40,914 nt of DNA from Clostridia bacterium (GTDB lineage Bacteria; Bacillota; Sulfobacillia; SLMV01), in assembly GCA_003554565.1 (NCBI GenBank), contig PWGR01000020.1:1-40914 (forward strand), read 5' to 3'. The translations under genes were made by a program, and so were the position numbers. The notes beneath the pieces are model-generated. The model searched no databases. It was not told the origin of the DNA and was given only the letters and a program-made list of their open reading frames with translations. Positions 20,983 through 30,319 of the stretch are shown piece by piece. Numbering within the stretch: position 1 is the stretch's first letter; each line of letters starts with the position of its first letter.

Positions 20983-21777
20983 CTATCCATCACCCTCACC
21001 CGAGAGAGCCCCCAGCAGTTCGATGAAGGACTGCCTGGTCGACATCGACCGGGAGTCCTGCTGCAGACCGCGCACGTTCGGCACAACATAACCGGCGATC
21101 AGTGCGTGTAGATCTTCACAGGCGACCTCGACAAAACCACCGGCCTCATCCCAGAGCTCTGAAAACCGCTCGGCAGACTCGACGACCTCACCTGTCACCG
21201 CGGTATCAGCAGCTACCACCGGGCTCTCTGCCTGTGCCTGGATCAGCTCATCCAGGCAGTGCAGCATCTCTGATATTTCATCCTTCCAGTCCGCCGGGAC
21301 CTGCATCTCCTTGCCGGGCACACTCACCGACCAGGAGATCGCTGCTGCTTCTCTATCCTCGATCGTCATGTGGTCGGCGATATACTCAGCCGCCTCCCGC
21401 GTGTCGGTAATATCTACCACCACCCGGTGATAATCGTCTCCCGCAATGACGGCGGCACTGGCGCCCTCCTCCCTGATCATATCAGCCTTGGCTTTCGCCC
21501 CACTGGGCTCAGTGAAGGCGCCCACCTGTATCCGGTATACATCAACTGAAATCCCGGGCCACTGCAAGATCTCGTCCGCATCATGCGGTACCTCCTCATC
21601 GTCATCACCGGTATCAGGTTGGCTGGGTGGACCATCTGCCTGACCGGTTATACCCTGGAGTAGATACTGTCCACCCAGGTAACCGGCCACCAGCGAGAGG
21701 ACCCCCAGGATTATGAAAACCACAACCACCGACCAGACCGATCCTGTTCTCTCCCTGCGAGGATAGTTTCGGGCCAT
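20983..21777 (-). CDS. SPOR-domain membrane protein with an uncharacterised acidic C-terminal half
   Basis: N-terminal TM segment, then YRIQVGAFTEPSGAKAKADMIREEGASAAVIAGDDYHRVVV (SPOR fold pattern). Confidence 0.7.
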   Translation of the reverse strand: MARNYPRRERTGSVWSVVVVFIILGVLSLVAGYLGGQYLLQGITGQADGPPSQPDTGDDDEEVPHDADEILQWPGISVDVYRIQVGAFTEPSGAKAKADMIREEGASAAVIAGDDYHRVVVDITDTREAAEYIADHMTIEDREAAAISWSVSVPGKEMQVPADWKDEISEMLHCLDELIQAQAESPVVAADTAVTGEVVESAERFSELWDEAGGFVEVACEDLHALIAGYVVPNVRGLQQDSRSMSTRQSFIELLGALSGEGDG

Positions 21778-21800
21778 GCCCCGCTCCCTCCCATCGGAGT

Positions 21801-22193
21801 TTAGAGGTTAATCTTCTCTCTGTCATGCACACAACCGTCGGGGTCTCTCACTGACACGTATCGGGCCGGGAAGGTGTCCCCCGGGAAGCGGACTACCTTC
21901 ACCGGCCTCGTCATCATCATGGTCACGACGTCCCCAGGGGCGGGATCTATGAGTTCAACTGTAATGCATACCTCCGACTCGCAGAGGGACACCTCCTGCA
22001 CGTCGATAGCGTAGCCACCTGTGGGGCACATTCCTCGAAATACGAAGACATCTACGCGGGCGGCGGTTTTCAGCACTGCCAGAGAAACACCATCCGGCTC
22101 ATCATCCTCTGAAGGTCGATTCAGGTTCATCTGATCAGCGCTGTACCCCGCCCGATCGAGAGATAGAACGGAGAAGGTAAGCTCCTCGCTCAT
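21801..22193 (-). CDS. PrcB_C-domain (protease complex subunit PrcB-like) protein
   Basis: VFVFRGMCPTGGYAIDVQEV...VELIDPAPGDVVTMMMTRPVKVVRF has the TGGY core typical of PrcB_C. Confidence 0.6.
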   Translation of the reverse strand: MSEELTFSVLSLDRAGYSADQMNLNRPSEDDEPDGVSLAVLKTAARVDVFVFRGMCPTGGYAIDVQEVSLCESEVCITVELIDPAPGDVVTMMMTRPVKVVRFPGDTFPARYVSVRDPDGCVHDREKINL

Positions 22194-22289
22194 GCTTACC
22201 GCTCCTCACCGCACAAAGTGTAATACTGTAGAGATGTCCTTGCTAATGGGTTCGCCTCGCGCCCCCTCGCCTCCTGCCGCTGCAGCAGT

Positions 22290-24968
22290 TCATCCTTCGT
22301 CCTGCAGCTCAGCCAGACGTCGCTTGAGGTGCTCGGCCTCGCTCTCCGTCTCGGAAAGCCTCCTGCGTTCCTGATCCACCACTTCGCGCGGCGCCTTCTG
22401 CACAAAGTCCTCATTGGCCAGCTTGCCCCTGCTCTTTTCTATTCTGGTCATCACTTCTGTGAGATTGCTGTTCAATCGCTCGATTTCACGCTCAAGGTCG
22501 ATCACGCCCCGCAACGGGAGAAACACCTGCACATCCGAGGCCACCCCCGCGAGGGCCTGCTGCGGCCTGTCATTCGTCCCCTCCAGGAACTGGACTTCGC
22601 TCACGCCCGCCATATCCTCAATGTGATGCTGCAGGTCCCCAATAAGCTGCCGGTCCTCCTCACCTGCTATGATCTGGACCATCACCTGCTGTGACGGCGG
22701 CACGTTTACTTCGGCCCGCAGGTTGCGGATGCAGCGGATTACCTCCATAAACGACTGCATCTCGTATCGCGCCCTGGATTTTACCGGGAAATCTTCACTC
22801 CGCGGCCAGGGGGCGCAGATCAGCTGCTCATCGCTCTCCGGACCGGCCTGCCACATTTGCTCGGTAACGAAGGGCATAAATGGATGCAGCAGTCTTAGTA
22901 TGGCACTCAACCCACTGTACAAAACCTGAAGCGCAGCACGGCGTGAACAGGAATCGTCACCGGCGAGACGGCTCTTGACCAGCTCGATATACCAGTCGCA
23001 GTACTCACTCCAGGCAAAATCATAGATCTCCCTCAGTGCCTCGCCCAGTTGGTAACCTGTAAAGTGGTCATCCACCGTTTCCACCAGTTCGTGCAGCCTG
23101 GTCAGCAGCCATCGGTCCTCAGTCTCCAGCTCTTCCGCATCCGGGACGCCGGGAGTAAAATCGTCTTCGTCCAGGTGCATCAACACGAAGCGACAGGCAT
23201 TCCACAGCTTGTTGGCGAAATTTCGCCCCGCTTCTGTCCGGTCCCAGTGAAACCGCATGTCATTTCCGGGCTTGTTGCCGAACAACAAGCAGAAACGGAG
23301 GGCGTCCGCCCCGTAGTCTTCAATTACTTCCAGCGGGTCCACCCCGTTTCCCAGAGACTTGCTCATCTTCCTCCCCTGCGGGTCCAGCACCACCCCGTGG
23401 ATCAGCACATCGTGAAACGGCACCTCACCAGTGAACTCCAGAGAAGTAAATATCATCCTCGCTACCCAGAACGGTATGATGTCCCATGCCGTAACCAGCA
23501 CATCGCCGGGGAAGAAATAGCTCATTTCTTCCGTCTCGTCCGGCCATCCCTGTGTGCTGAACGGCCAGAGAGCCGAGCTGAACCACGTGTCCAGCACATC
23601 CGTATCACGGGTCAGTTCCGATCCAGCGCAAGAAGCACACTCCTCCGGCTCCTGCCGGGCCACGTTTATCTCGCCGCACTCAGCGCAGTACCATGCCGGT
23701 ATCTGGTGCCCCCACCACAGCGGGCGCGAAATGCACCAGTCGCGGATGTTCTCCATCCAGTTCAGGTAGACGCGTGAGAACCGTTCGGGTACGAATTTCA
23801 CCTTGCCGTCCCGCACCACCTGCATGGCCGGCTCGGCAAGCGGCTTCATTCGTACGAACCACTGCTTCGAAACCAGCGGCTCCACCACAGAATCGCATCG
23901 ATAGCACATTCCCACCGCATGTTCATGCTCCTCAATGCGCTCCAGCAGTCCCCCGGCCTTCAGGTCCTCCACCACGCGTTCCCGCGCCTCTTCACGGTCC
24001 AGTCCGGCATACATGCCAGCATCATCGGTCATCCGTCCGTCCTCGTCTATGACTTTGATGGTCGGAAGGTCAGCACGTAATCCCATCTCGAAGTCGTTGG
24101 GATCGTGTCCCGGCGTCACCTTCACAATCCCGGTGCCGAAGTCCGGATCAACCCAGTCATCTGCGATTATCGGTACCTCTCTGTCCATAAGCGGCACTAC
24201 CGCGCACTCGCCAATCAGGTGGGAGTACCTCCCGTCATCCGGGTGCACTGCCATTCCGGTGTCACCCAGGATGGTCTCCGGCCTGGTCGTTGCAACTACA
24301 ATGTGATCATCTGACCCGGCCAGTGGATAACGCACATGGTACAGCCTGCCCACCTTGTCCTCGTGTTCCACCTCGATATCACTCAGTGCCGTACCACAAT
24401 CTATGCACCAGTTGATCAAATAATCTCCTCTGTAGATCAAATCCCTTTCGTACAGGCGGACGAATACCTCCTTCACCGCACGGGAAAGCCCATCATCAAA
24501 AGTGAAACGGATCCGATCCCAGTCCGGTGATGCACCCAGCCTCTTCAACTGTTGCACGATATTGTCCTCGTACTTCTCCTTCCAGCGCCACGTCTCCCTG
24601 ACGAACTCCTCCCGGCCGAGATCATGACGGGTTATGCCGCGGTCCTCCCGCAAGTGCATCTCCACCACCCGCTGCGTCGCTATCCCGGCGTGATCTGTTC
24701 CCGGCTGCCACAGAGATTCGAAACCACGCATGCGGGCACGACGGATCAGAACATCCTGCAGGGTATTGTTCAGCGCGTGCCCCACATGAAGATCCGATGT
24801 GACGTTCGGCGGGGGCATCATGATCGTGTACGGTGGCCGACTGCAATCGACACGGGCCCGAAAGTACCGGCCCTCCTCCCACAACCTGTAAATGTCCTCT
24901 TCCACTTCTGCCGGGTCATAGCGAGATGGAAGCGTACTTCCACCGGCACTGGCTGTCATCAGTATCAA
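22290..24968 (-). CDS. valS: Valine--tRNA ligase
   Basis: HIGH variant DLHVGHALN, KMSKS, and a C-terminal coiled-coil. Confidence 0.97.
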   Translation of the reverse strand: MILMTASAGGSTLPSRYDPAEVEEDIYRLWEEGRYFRARVDCSRPPYTIMMPPPNVTSDLHVGHALNNTLQDVLIRRARMRGFESLWQPGTDHAGIATQRVVEMHLREDRGITRHDLGREEFVRETWRWKEKYEDNIVQQLKRLGASPDWDRIRFTFDDGLSRAVKEVFVRLYERDLIYRGDYLINWCIDCGTALSDIEVEHEDKVGRLYHVRYPLAGSDDHIVVATTRPETILGDTGMAVHPDDGRYSHLIGECAVVPLMDREVPIIADDWVDPDFGTGIVKVTPGHDPNDFEMGLRADLPTIKVIDEDGRMTDDAGMYAGLDREEARERVVEDLKAGGLLERIEEHEHAVGMCYRCDSVVEPLVSKQWFVRMKPLAEPAMQVVRDGKVKFVPERFSRVYLNWMENIRDWCISRPLWWGHQIPAWYCAECGEINVARQEPEECASCAGSELTRDTDVLDTWFSSALWPFSTQGWPDETEEMSYFFPGDVLVTAWDIIPFWVARMIFTSLEFTGEVPFHDVLIHGVVLDPQGRKMSKSLGNGVDPLEVIEDYGADALRFCLLFGNKPGNDMRFHWDRTEAGRNFANKLWNACRFVLMHLDEDDFTPGVPDAEELETEDRWLLTRLHELVETVDDHFTGYQLGEALREIYDFAWSEYCDWYIELVKSRLAGDDSCSRRAALQVLYSGLSAILRLLHPFMPFVTEQMWQAGPESDEQLICAPWPRSEDFPVKSRARYEMQSFMEVIRCIRNLRAEVNVPPSQQVMVQIIAGEEDRQLIGDLQHHIEDMAGVSEVQFLEGTNDRPQQALAGVASDVQVFLPLRGVIDLEREIERLNSNLTEVMTRIEKSRGKLANEDFVQKAPREVVDQERRRLSETESEAEHLKRRLAELQDEG

Positions 24969-24974
24969 TCCCCC

Positions 24975-25247
24975 TTCACAACCTCAGGCCCAAAGAAAAA
25001 CCCCTCGCCTAAGGGCGAAGGGTCGCGGTTCCACCTTAGTTCCCCACGGCTCACAGGACGCCGCGCGGCACTCATAGACCGAAAACGTGGTCAAACGTAT
25101 CGTCCTACTCCATCTTTCAGACGACCCGCTCGGGGACGACATTCGATCGCGCCTCACCCGGAGACCTCTCAGCCGGTGAGTCTCCGTCTCTGAAGGCGGC
25201 TGTCCGATCTACTCTTTCCCTTCACAGCGTTTTTGAGCCTGATTTGT
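24975..25247 (-). promoter_or_regulatory. T-box riboswitch leader (probable Val GUC specifier) with an intrinsic terminator
   Basis: The T-box motif AACTAAGGTGGAACCGCG is the reverse complement of 25024-25041. A terminator ACCCTTCGCC/GGCGAGGGGT plus TTTTTCTTT lies at 24992-25023. Stem I carries AGAGTA/AGAGA elements, and GAAUGUCG is the candidate specifier loop. Confidence 0.85.
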
Positions 25248-25254
25248 TCGTATT

Positions 25255-25283
25255 ATTGTATTGCAGGCGAGACGGGTCGTCAA
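25255..25283 (-). promoter_or_regulatory. Sigma-A type promoter of the valS leader
   Basis: Minus strand reads TTGACG (25283-25278), a 17-nt spacer, then TACAAT (25260-25255). Confidence 0.6.
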
Positions 25284-25371
25284 CCTGTCTTGTCCGGGAA
25301 TTTCTGCCCCTGTGTGCCAGAAGAGCGCATAATGTCCACCCCCGCATATCACAACCAACGCGGACATCCCG

Positions 25372-26083
25372 TCATCCGTTGAGTGGACACACCTTCTGAC
25401 AGAGATTGCACTCGACGGCATATCCTGCTCTCTGCTGAATACGCTCCGCCCGCAGTCCCCGCGGGCCATCCGCACCTATTGCGGTAACGAGACACTTCCT
25501 GAAGTCGATCTCGTACTCCCCGATTGCCCCTCCGGGCAGACGGAGACACACCTGTTGCATCCCGCGCACATCTTGGCCTCAAAGGATCATTCGGTCTATC
25601 AACGGGCAGCTCGGCATCAGTCAACAGCACCCCAAAACGCACGTTCGACCCGTACTCCGGGGTGGCAACAAGTGAGTTCTTGCCCGCATATCCCAACCCG
25701 GCGAGTACGGCAGCACGCTTGTAGGATATTGCTTCATCTGCCAGCCGCGCCCCGACCCCCTGTTCCCGCAGCCAATCCCGCAAAATACCGAGCCGGTGGT
25801 GAATCACCTCGAAATAAAATAAGACCCGCAAGCCCTCAATATCCACAAGAGAATCCAGCACCTCATCAATCGTTCTCATCCCGACTACCACCACTGACCG
25901 GGCATCCGGCCAGAGCTCACGCGGCAGATGGAAGCAATCTCCATCACGCCAGGGCTTGGTTACGGATGGATGTCCTTCAAATTCGGAGACGCTCGCAGCT
26001 CCCAGAATGCCAAAACCCAGCTCCTGCGCCCGTTCCTTCAGCCTGCCTTTCACAACCTTCGCCCCCCTCAACTGCCACAACAT
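25372..26083 (-). pseudogene. QueG-like (epoxyqueuosine-reductase family) 2x[4Fe-4S] protein, apparently disrupted by two 1-nt frameshifts
   Basis: The N-terminal part is in the 302-aa ORF frame (...YKRAAVLAGLGYAGKNSLV...NVRFGVLLTD). The first cluster CAGCNRCVSVCPEG appears only in a second frame. AIGEYEIDFRKC...CNLCQKVCPLNG appears in a third frame (ORF 25372..25569). Confidence 0.7.
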
Positions 26084-26562
26084 CAGATGATCCCTCGGGG
26101 TATCTCTTGCCCGGCCTGAGGAGCCGCGCCCCTGATCCCCCGCCATGCAACCAACCCCCCCGGATACCCGGTGGGTAAAACCGTAAACCAGGTGCAACAC
26201 TGCTGCTTGGGTAACGAATTCACGGTGCCTGCAGTAATCACCCTTTTTCCCTCCCACCGTGTGCGGCTACCTCCCCATACCATGCCAGAAATTCAACCGC
26301 GAACCTCGGGGCACCCCCGGGATATTCGATGCCCAAAGATGCAGCCGCCGCCTCCCTTCATCCGGGGACGGGAAGAGGAGCGTAACCCGCCGGCCCGTCA
26401 TCGGACACATCAAACCACCACCTATCGGTCTGGTCTGAGGAATAGCTTCTGGCTGGCGGGAGGGAGATGCCGGGTCGGGGAAGAAACCCCATATATGCTG
26501 GATCTAGCGATTGACTGTGTTCATCGTCCTTTTCCTCATCTACTTCATGGGGAGGCTAAAGC

Positions 26563-27825
26563 TTGCAGACCTCTGACGAGCAAAAACCGGTGATACGGGC
26601 AAGGGCCCTGCGGGCCAGAAATCTCATGGCTGTGGCGCACGCGGTTCAGCACATCTTTGCCATGAGCATACCTCCCCTGTTGGTGTTCATTCATGCCGAC
26701 CTTCACCTGAGCTGGACCCAGTTGGGGACCGTTGTGGCCGTAGGGCACATAACTGGTGGATTGATGCAGTTTATGACCGGAATGTTTGTGGACAAATTCG
26801 GCGTCAAACGGGTGCTGATCAGCGGGTTTTCCCTCCTTCTGACTGGCCTGTTCCTGTTTTCACGGTCTCACACCCTGCCTGCCATGATCGCCTGCCAGAT
26901 TCTCTTCGGAATTGGAAACTCCACTTTCCACCCGGCAAGCTTTGCCGAGGTCTCACGGGCCACAAAACACCGTGGGATGGGCATAGGCATGGCCTTGCAC
27001 AACATAGGCGGAAACGTCGGGGGCGCGGCCGCCTATTCAATTGCCGCACTGTTGGCAGTCTGGCTGGGCTGGAGAGACGCGATACTGGCCATGGTCAGCG
27101 GCGGGGCACTTCTGACGCTGGCTTTCGGCCTCACATACCGGGAGATGGCGGCCTGGGAAAAGGAAACCGATCAATCCGGGAAAGCCGAGGATGAGGCTGC
27201 AGTCACCCGACAGAAACCGGCCGAATCCACCGATACCCAAAAAGGAAATGAGAATGCTTCCCCCCTGCTGCAGATCTGGATGCCGGTACTGGTCGTGGCA
27301 ACGGCAGCACTGATGTCCGGTGCTTTCAGCCGGGGATTCAATACATTCCTGCCCTCGTTTTTGACCACCGCCCGGGGTGCATCCGGGGCGGTGGCCGGCA
27401 TGCTTTCCACCATAATGATGCTGTCCGGGGCGGGGGGTTCCTTCCTCGGCGGCAAGCTGGGTGATACCCTGGATCGCCGGCGGGTGGTGCTGGCGTCCGC
27501 CCTGGTCACTGCTATGTTCATAATGCTGCTGGTGCAGCTTCCGCTGCAGGGACTGCCGCTGGTCCTGCTTTTGATTGCCATCGGCTTCTCACTGTCCGTC
27601 GCGAGGCCCTGCATGAGCGCCCTTACGTCGGACGCAACTCCAGGGGACAAAACGGGAACGGCCTTCGGTATAGTTTTCGGAGTAATGTCTTTGGGCGGCT
27701 CCGCAGCCACTCCGATAATCGGCTACGTGGCCGACCACTACACCCTGCAGCTCGGCTTTGTACTTCTGGCGGTATTCTTTTTGGGACACGGTCTTCTCAT
27801 GCAGCTGGTAAAGCCGCGGGACTGA
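26563..27825 (+). CDS. MFS transporter
   Basis: 12-TM pattern with MFS loop motifs (GMFVDKFGVKRVL). TTG start follows GGGGAGG with a 7-nt gap. Confidence 0.85.
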   Translation: MQTSDEQKPVIRARALRARNLMAVAHAVQHIFAMSIPPLLVFIHADLHLSWTQLGTVVAVGHITGGLMQFMTGMFVDKFGVKRVLISGFSLLLTGLFLFSRSHTLPAMIACQILFGIGNSTFHPASFAEVSRATKHRGMGIGMALHNIGGNVGGAAAYSIAALLAVWLGWRDAILAMVSGGALLTLAFGLTYREMAAWEKETDQSGKAEDEAAVTRQKPAESTDTQKGNENASPLLQIWMPVLVVATAALMSGAFSRGFNTFLPSFLTTARGASGAVAGMLSTIMMLSGAGGSFLGGKLGDTLDRRRVVLASALVTAMFIMLLVQLPLQGLPLVLLLIAIGFSLSVARPCMSALTSDATPGDKTGTAFGIVFGVMSLGGSAATPIIGYVADHYTLQLGFVLLAVFFLGHGLLMQLVKPRD

Positions 27826-27924
27826 CACGCTTCCCGGTTGAGTAACCCGCCACGGCCGGCTGATGGATTCGGATGCAATCAGCAATCGCATCAGTCCCAC
27901 CGACCACACCCGCCCAATCCCGGC

Positions 27925-28398
27925 TCACTCCCCGGCAGCCTTCAGGGCTACATTGATCTCAATTTCACCGAAGGGCGTCTTCATCGGCATGATCAGGCGG
28001 TGAAAATCGAGTGTGGAGATGTAAACGCCGCGACCGTGCACCACAGTGGGGGGGGCTATATTGCAGTTGTATCCGCTTTTTTCCAACTCCACTGAGGCCA
28101 AGCCGGTAATGACATTACCCATCTCCGCAATAGCACTCTCGGCCAGGCTGTCAAACAGCGGAACCGGCTCGCCCATCATCTCGCTCACGATACTGCGGGC
28201 GGTGGCCTCCGAGAAACCGTAGAAGACCGCTCCCTTGACATCTCCCGTGACCCCGAGCGCCACGGTGACCTCCTTGGAGGTTGTACCTGACTTGTGCAGG
28301 GTTACGCCACCCCGCTCCACTTCAGCCCCGGTCTCCGACTCTATAACTTGACCTGCTGCAGATATGAAGGGGTTTATGAACTGAACATTAAGAGACAT
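27925..28398 (-). CDS. cheX: Chemotaxis phosphatase CheX (CheC/CheX family)
   Basis: INPFISAAGQVIE...AIAEMGNVITG. ATG at 28398 follows GGAGGA with a 7-nt gap; the longest ORF starts at 28413. Confidence 0.82.
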   Translation of the reverse strand: MSLNVQFINPFISAAGQVIESETGAEVERGGVTLHKSGTTSKEVTVALGVTGDVKGAVFYGFSEATARSIVSEMMGEPVPLFDSLAESAIAEMGNVITGLASVELEKSGYNCNIAPPTVVHGRGVYISTLDFHRLIMPMKTPFGEIEINVALKAAGE

Positions 28399-28413
28399 CT
28401 GATCTTCCTCCAT

Positions 28414-29304
28414 TCAAGCACGACGGCGGTAGAAAAATGGCGCCGGGTTGTCCAGCCCCAGCTCTTCTGCCTGAAAAATGATCTCGGTACCCCCGACGAA
28501 AAGAAAGCCTCCCGGCCGGAGAGAGGAGCAGATTTCACGGTGCAGCTCGCGTTTGGCATCCTCCGTGAAATATATGGTCACATTGCGGCAGACGATCAGA
28601 TCAAAATTTCGGTCGTAGCTGCAGTTGAATAGATCCTCCACGCGAAAGGTCACGGCCCGCTTGATATCTTCCCGTACCCGGTAGAGACCCTCCAGGGAGC
28701 CATCGCTCCGCCTGCGCAGGGGCTCGGGCATATCGTCTTCGGGAGGACGGCGCTCGTGAATCAGATATTTGCCCCGCAGTTCGGGAGCAACGGAGCGCAC
28801 CTCGCTTTCCCAGTATAACGCCCTGTACGCCCTCTTTACGGCCTCCTCATCAATGTCGGAACCGATGACGGTAGCCTGCTCCAGGACACCTTCTTCCGCC
28901 AGGAGCATGGCCAGACTGTAGGGTTCACAGCCTACCGAACATCCGGCACTCCAAACGCGCGGCCTGGCGTTGTCCCGCAGCAGTTCCGGCAACACCTCGC
29001 TTCGCAGGTATTCAAAGCGGGGGGCATCGCGGAAGAACTCCGAGACATTAATCGATAGACGGCCCTTGAAGCGATGCAGCAAGCCGGGATCATCGTCCAA
29101 TCGTTCGAGCAGCTGACCGAAGCTTTCGGCATTGTACCGCCGCCGGGCCGATTCGAGGAGACGCTTGACCTGGTTTTCCTTGTACAGCCGCAAATCTATG
29201 CCCGTCAACCTGCAGATTTCTTTCTGCAGCAGCCGGAATGAGGTTCCCTGCAGATCATACGTGCATTCGTCCACCCGGGCGCTGCATCTGGCAGAATCTT
29301 GCAT
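28414..29304 (-). CDS. cheR: Chemotaxis protein methyltransferase CheR
   Basis: SINVSEFFRD, VWSAGCSVGCEPYSLAML, DLIVCRNVTIYF. Confidence 0.93.
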   Translation of the reverse strand: MQDSARCSARVDECTYDLQGTSFRLLQKEICRLTGIDLRLYKENQVKRLLESARRRYNAESFGQLLERLDDDPGLLHRFKGRLSINVSEFFRDAPRFEYLRSEVLPELLRDNARPRVWSAGCSVGCEPYSLAMLLAEEGVLEQATVIGSDIDEEAVKRAYRALYWESEVRSVAPELRGKYLIHERRPPEDDMPEPLRRRSDGSLEGLYRVREDIKRAVTFRVEDLFNCSYDRNFDLIVCRNVTIYFTEDAKRELHREICSSLRPGGFLFVGGTEIIFQAEELGLDNPAPFFYRRRA

Positions 29305-29936
29305 TAAGACCGCTCCCGTCTTTGTGCTCTGGCTTCCTGCGCTTTCCGGCGAGATATGCCTTCCAGGTACAGCGGAAGTGCGGGCAGCGAGAGAATCCTG
29401 TCATATGCTCCCGCCTCAATGGCGGCCTTCGGCATGCCGAAGATGACAGAGCTGGCTTCGTCCTGGACCAGAACAACCCCGCCCCTTTGCCTGACCTTCA
29501 GCGCACCTTCCATTCCATCCTTTCCCATGCCCGTCAAAATCACAGCCACAGATCCCGAGCCGAAGTGCTCGCTGGCCGACTCCAGCGCAACGTCGACGGA
29601 GGGTCTCACCCCGTTGCGGGGCGGCTGATAGCCGAGGCGAATCCGGCCCGACCGGTCAAAATACAGGTGCTGTCCCCCCGGCGCCATCAGTACTGCTCCG
29701 GGCTGCGGCAGCTGCCCGGCCCGGGCCTCCACCACGGGAAGAGACACCGCCTCATTTAACCGCCTGGCCAGAAAGCGGGTAAACTCGGCCATCATGTGCT
29801 GTACCACGATTATGGGCAGCGGAAAAGCAGGACTCAGATTTTTCAACAAGGTGGCCAGGGCAGCAGGTCCTCCCGTTGAAGCTCCCAACACCACAATCCC
29901 ATCGCCGCCAGGACGTCTTTGACTTTGCTCGATCAT
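29304..29936 (-). CDS. cheB: Protein-glutamate methylesterase CheB, catalytic domain only (no receiver domain)
   Basis: VVLGASTGGPAAL, TGMGKDGMEG, VLVQDEASSVIFGMPKAAI. The 210-aa ORF begins right at the esterase domain. Its stop overlaps the cheR start (TAATG). Confidence 0.9.
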   Translation of the reverse strand: MIEQSQRRPGGDGIVVLGASTGGPAALATLLKNLSPAFPLPIIVVQHMMAEFTRFLARRLNEAVSLPVVEARAGQLPQPGAVLMAPGGQHLYFDRSGRIRLGYQPPRNGVRPSVDVALESASEHFGSGSVAVILTGMGKDGMEGALKVRQRGGVVLVQDEASSVIFGMPKAAIEAGAYDRILSLPALPLYLEGISRRKAQEARAQRRERS

Positions 29937-29959
29937 GTCTTCTCCCGTCTGTTTACTGG

Positions 29960-30319
29960 CTATCCGGTGTGCTTGTCCACGGCCTCGAGAATGGTCTCAG
30001 GTTCGAACGGCTTCACAATGAAATCCCGCGCACCAGATTGAATCGCCTTTATCACCATGCGCTCCTGACCCATAGCACTGCTCATGACTATCCGCGCCTC
30101 CGAGTCCCGCTCCCGCAGCTTCTCCAGTGCCTCGATGCCGTCCATGACCGGCATGGTGATGTCCATCAGCACCAGATCAGGATCCTCTTTTTCGTACATC
30201 TGGAGGGCCTCCTGGCCATCTCCCGCCTCAACCACCTCGTGACCCTCGCCACCGAGGAGCTTGCGGTAGCGCACCCGCACGAACTGGGCATCATCTACAA
30301 CCAGTATCTTCGCCATCAC
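29960..30319 (-). CDS. cheY: Chemotaxis response regulator CheY
   Basis: ILVVDDAQFVR...DLVLMDITMPVMDG...DFIVKPF. Confidence 0.93.
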   Translation of the reverse strand: MMAKILVVDDAQFVRVRYRKLLGGEGHEVVEAGDGQEALQMYEKEDPDLVLMDITMPVMDGIEALEKLRERDSEARIVMSSAMGQERMVIKAIQSGARDFIVKPFEPETILEAVDKHTG

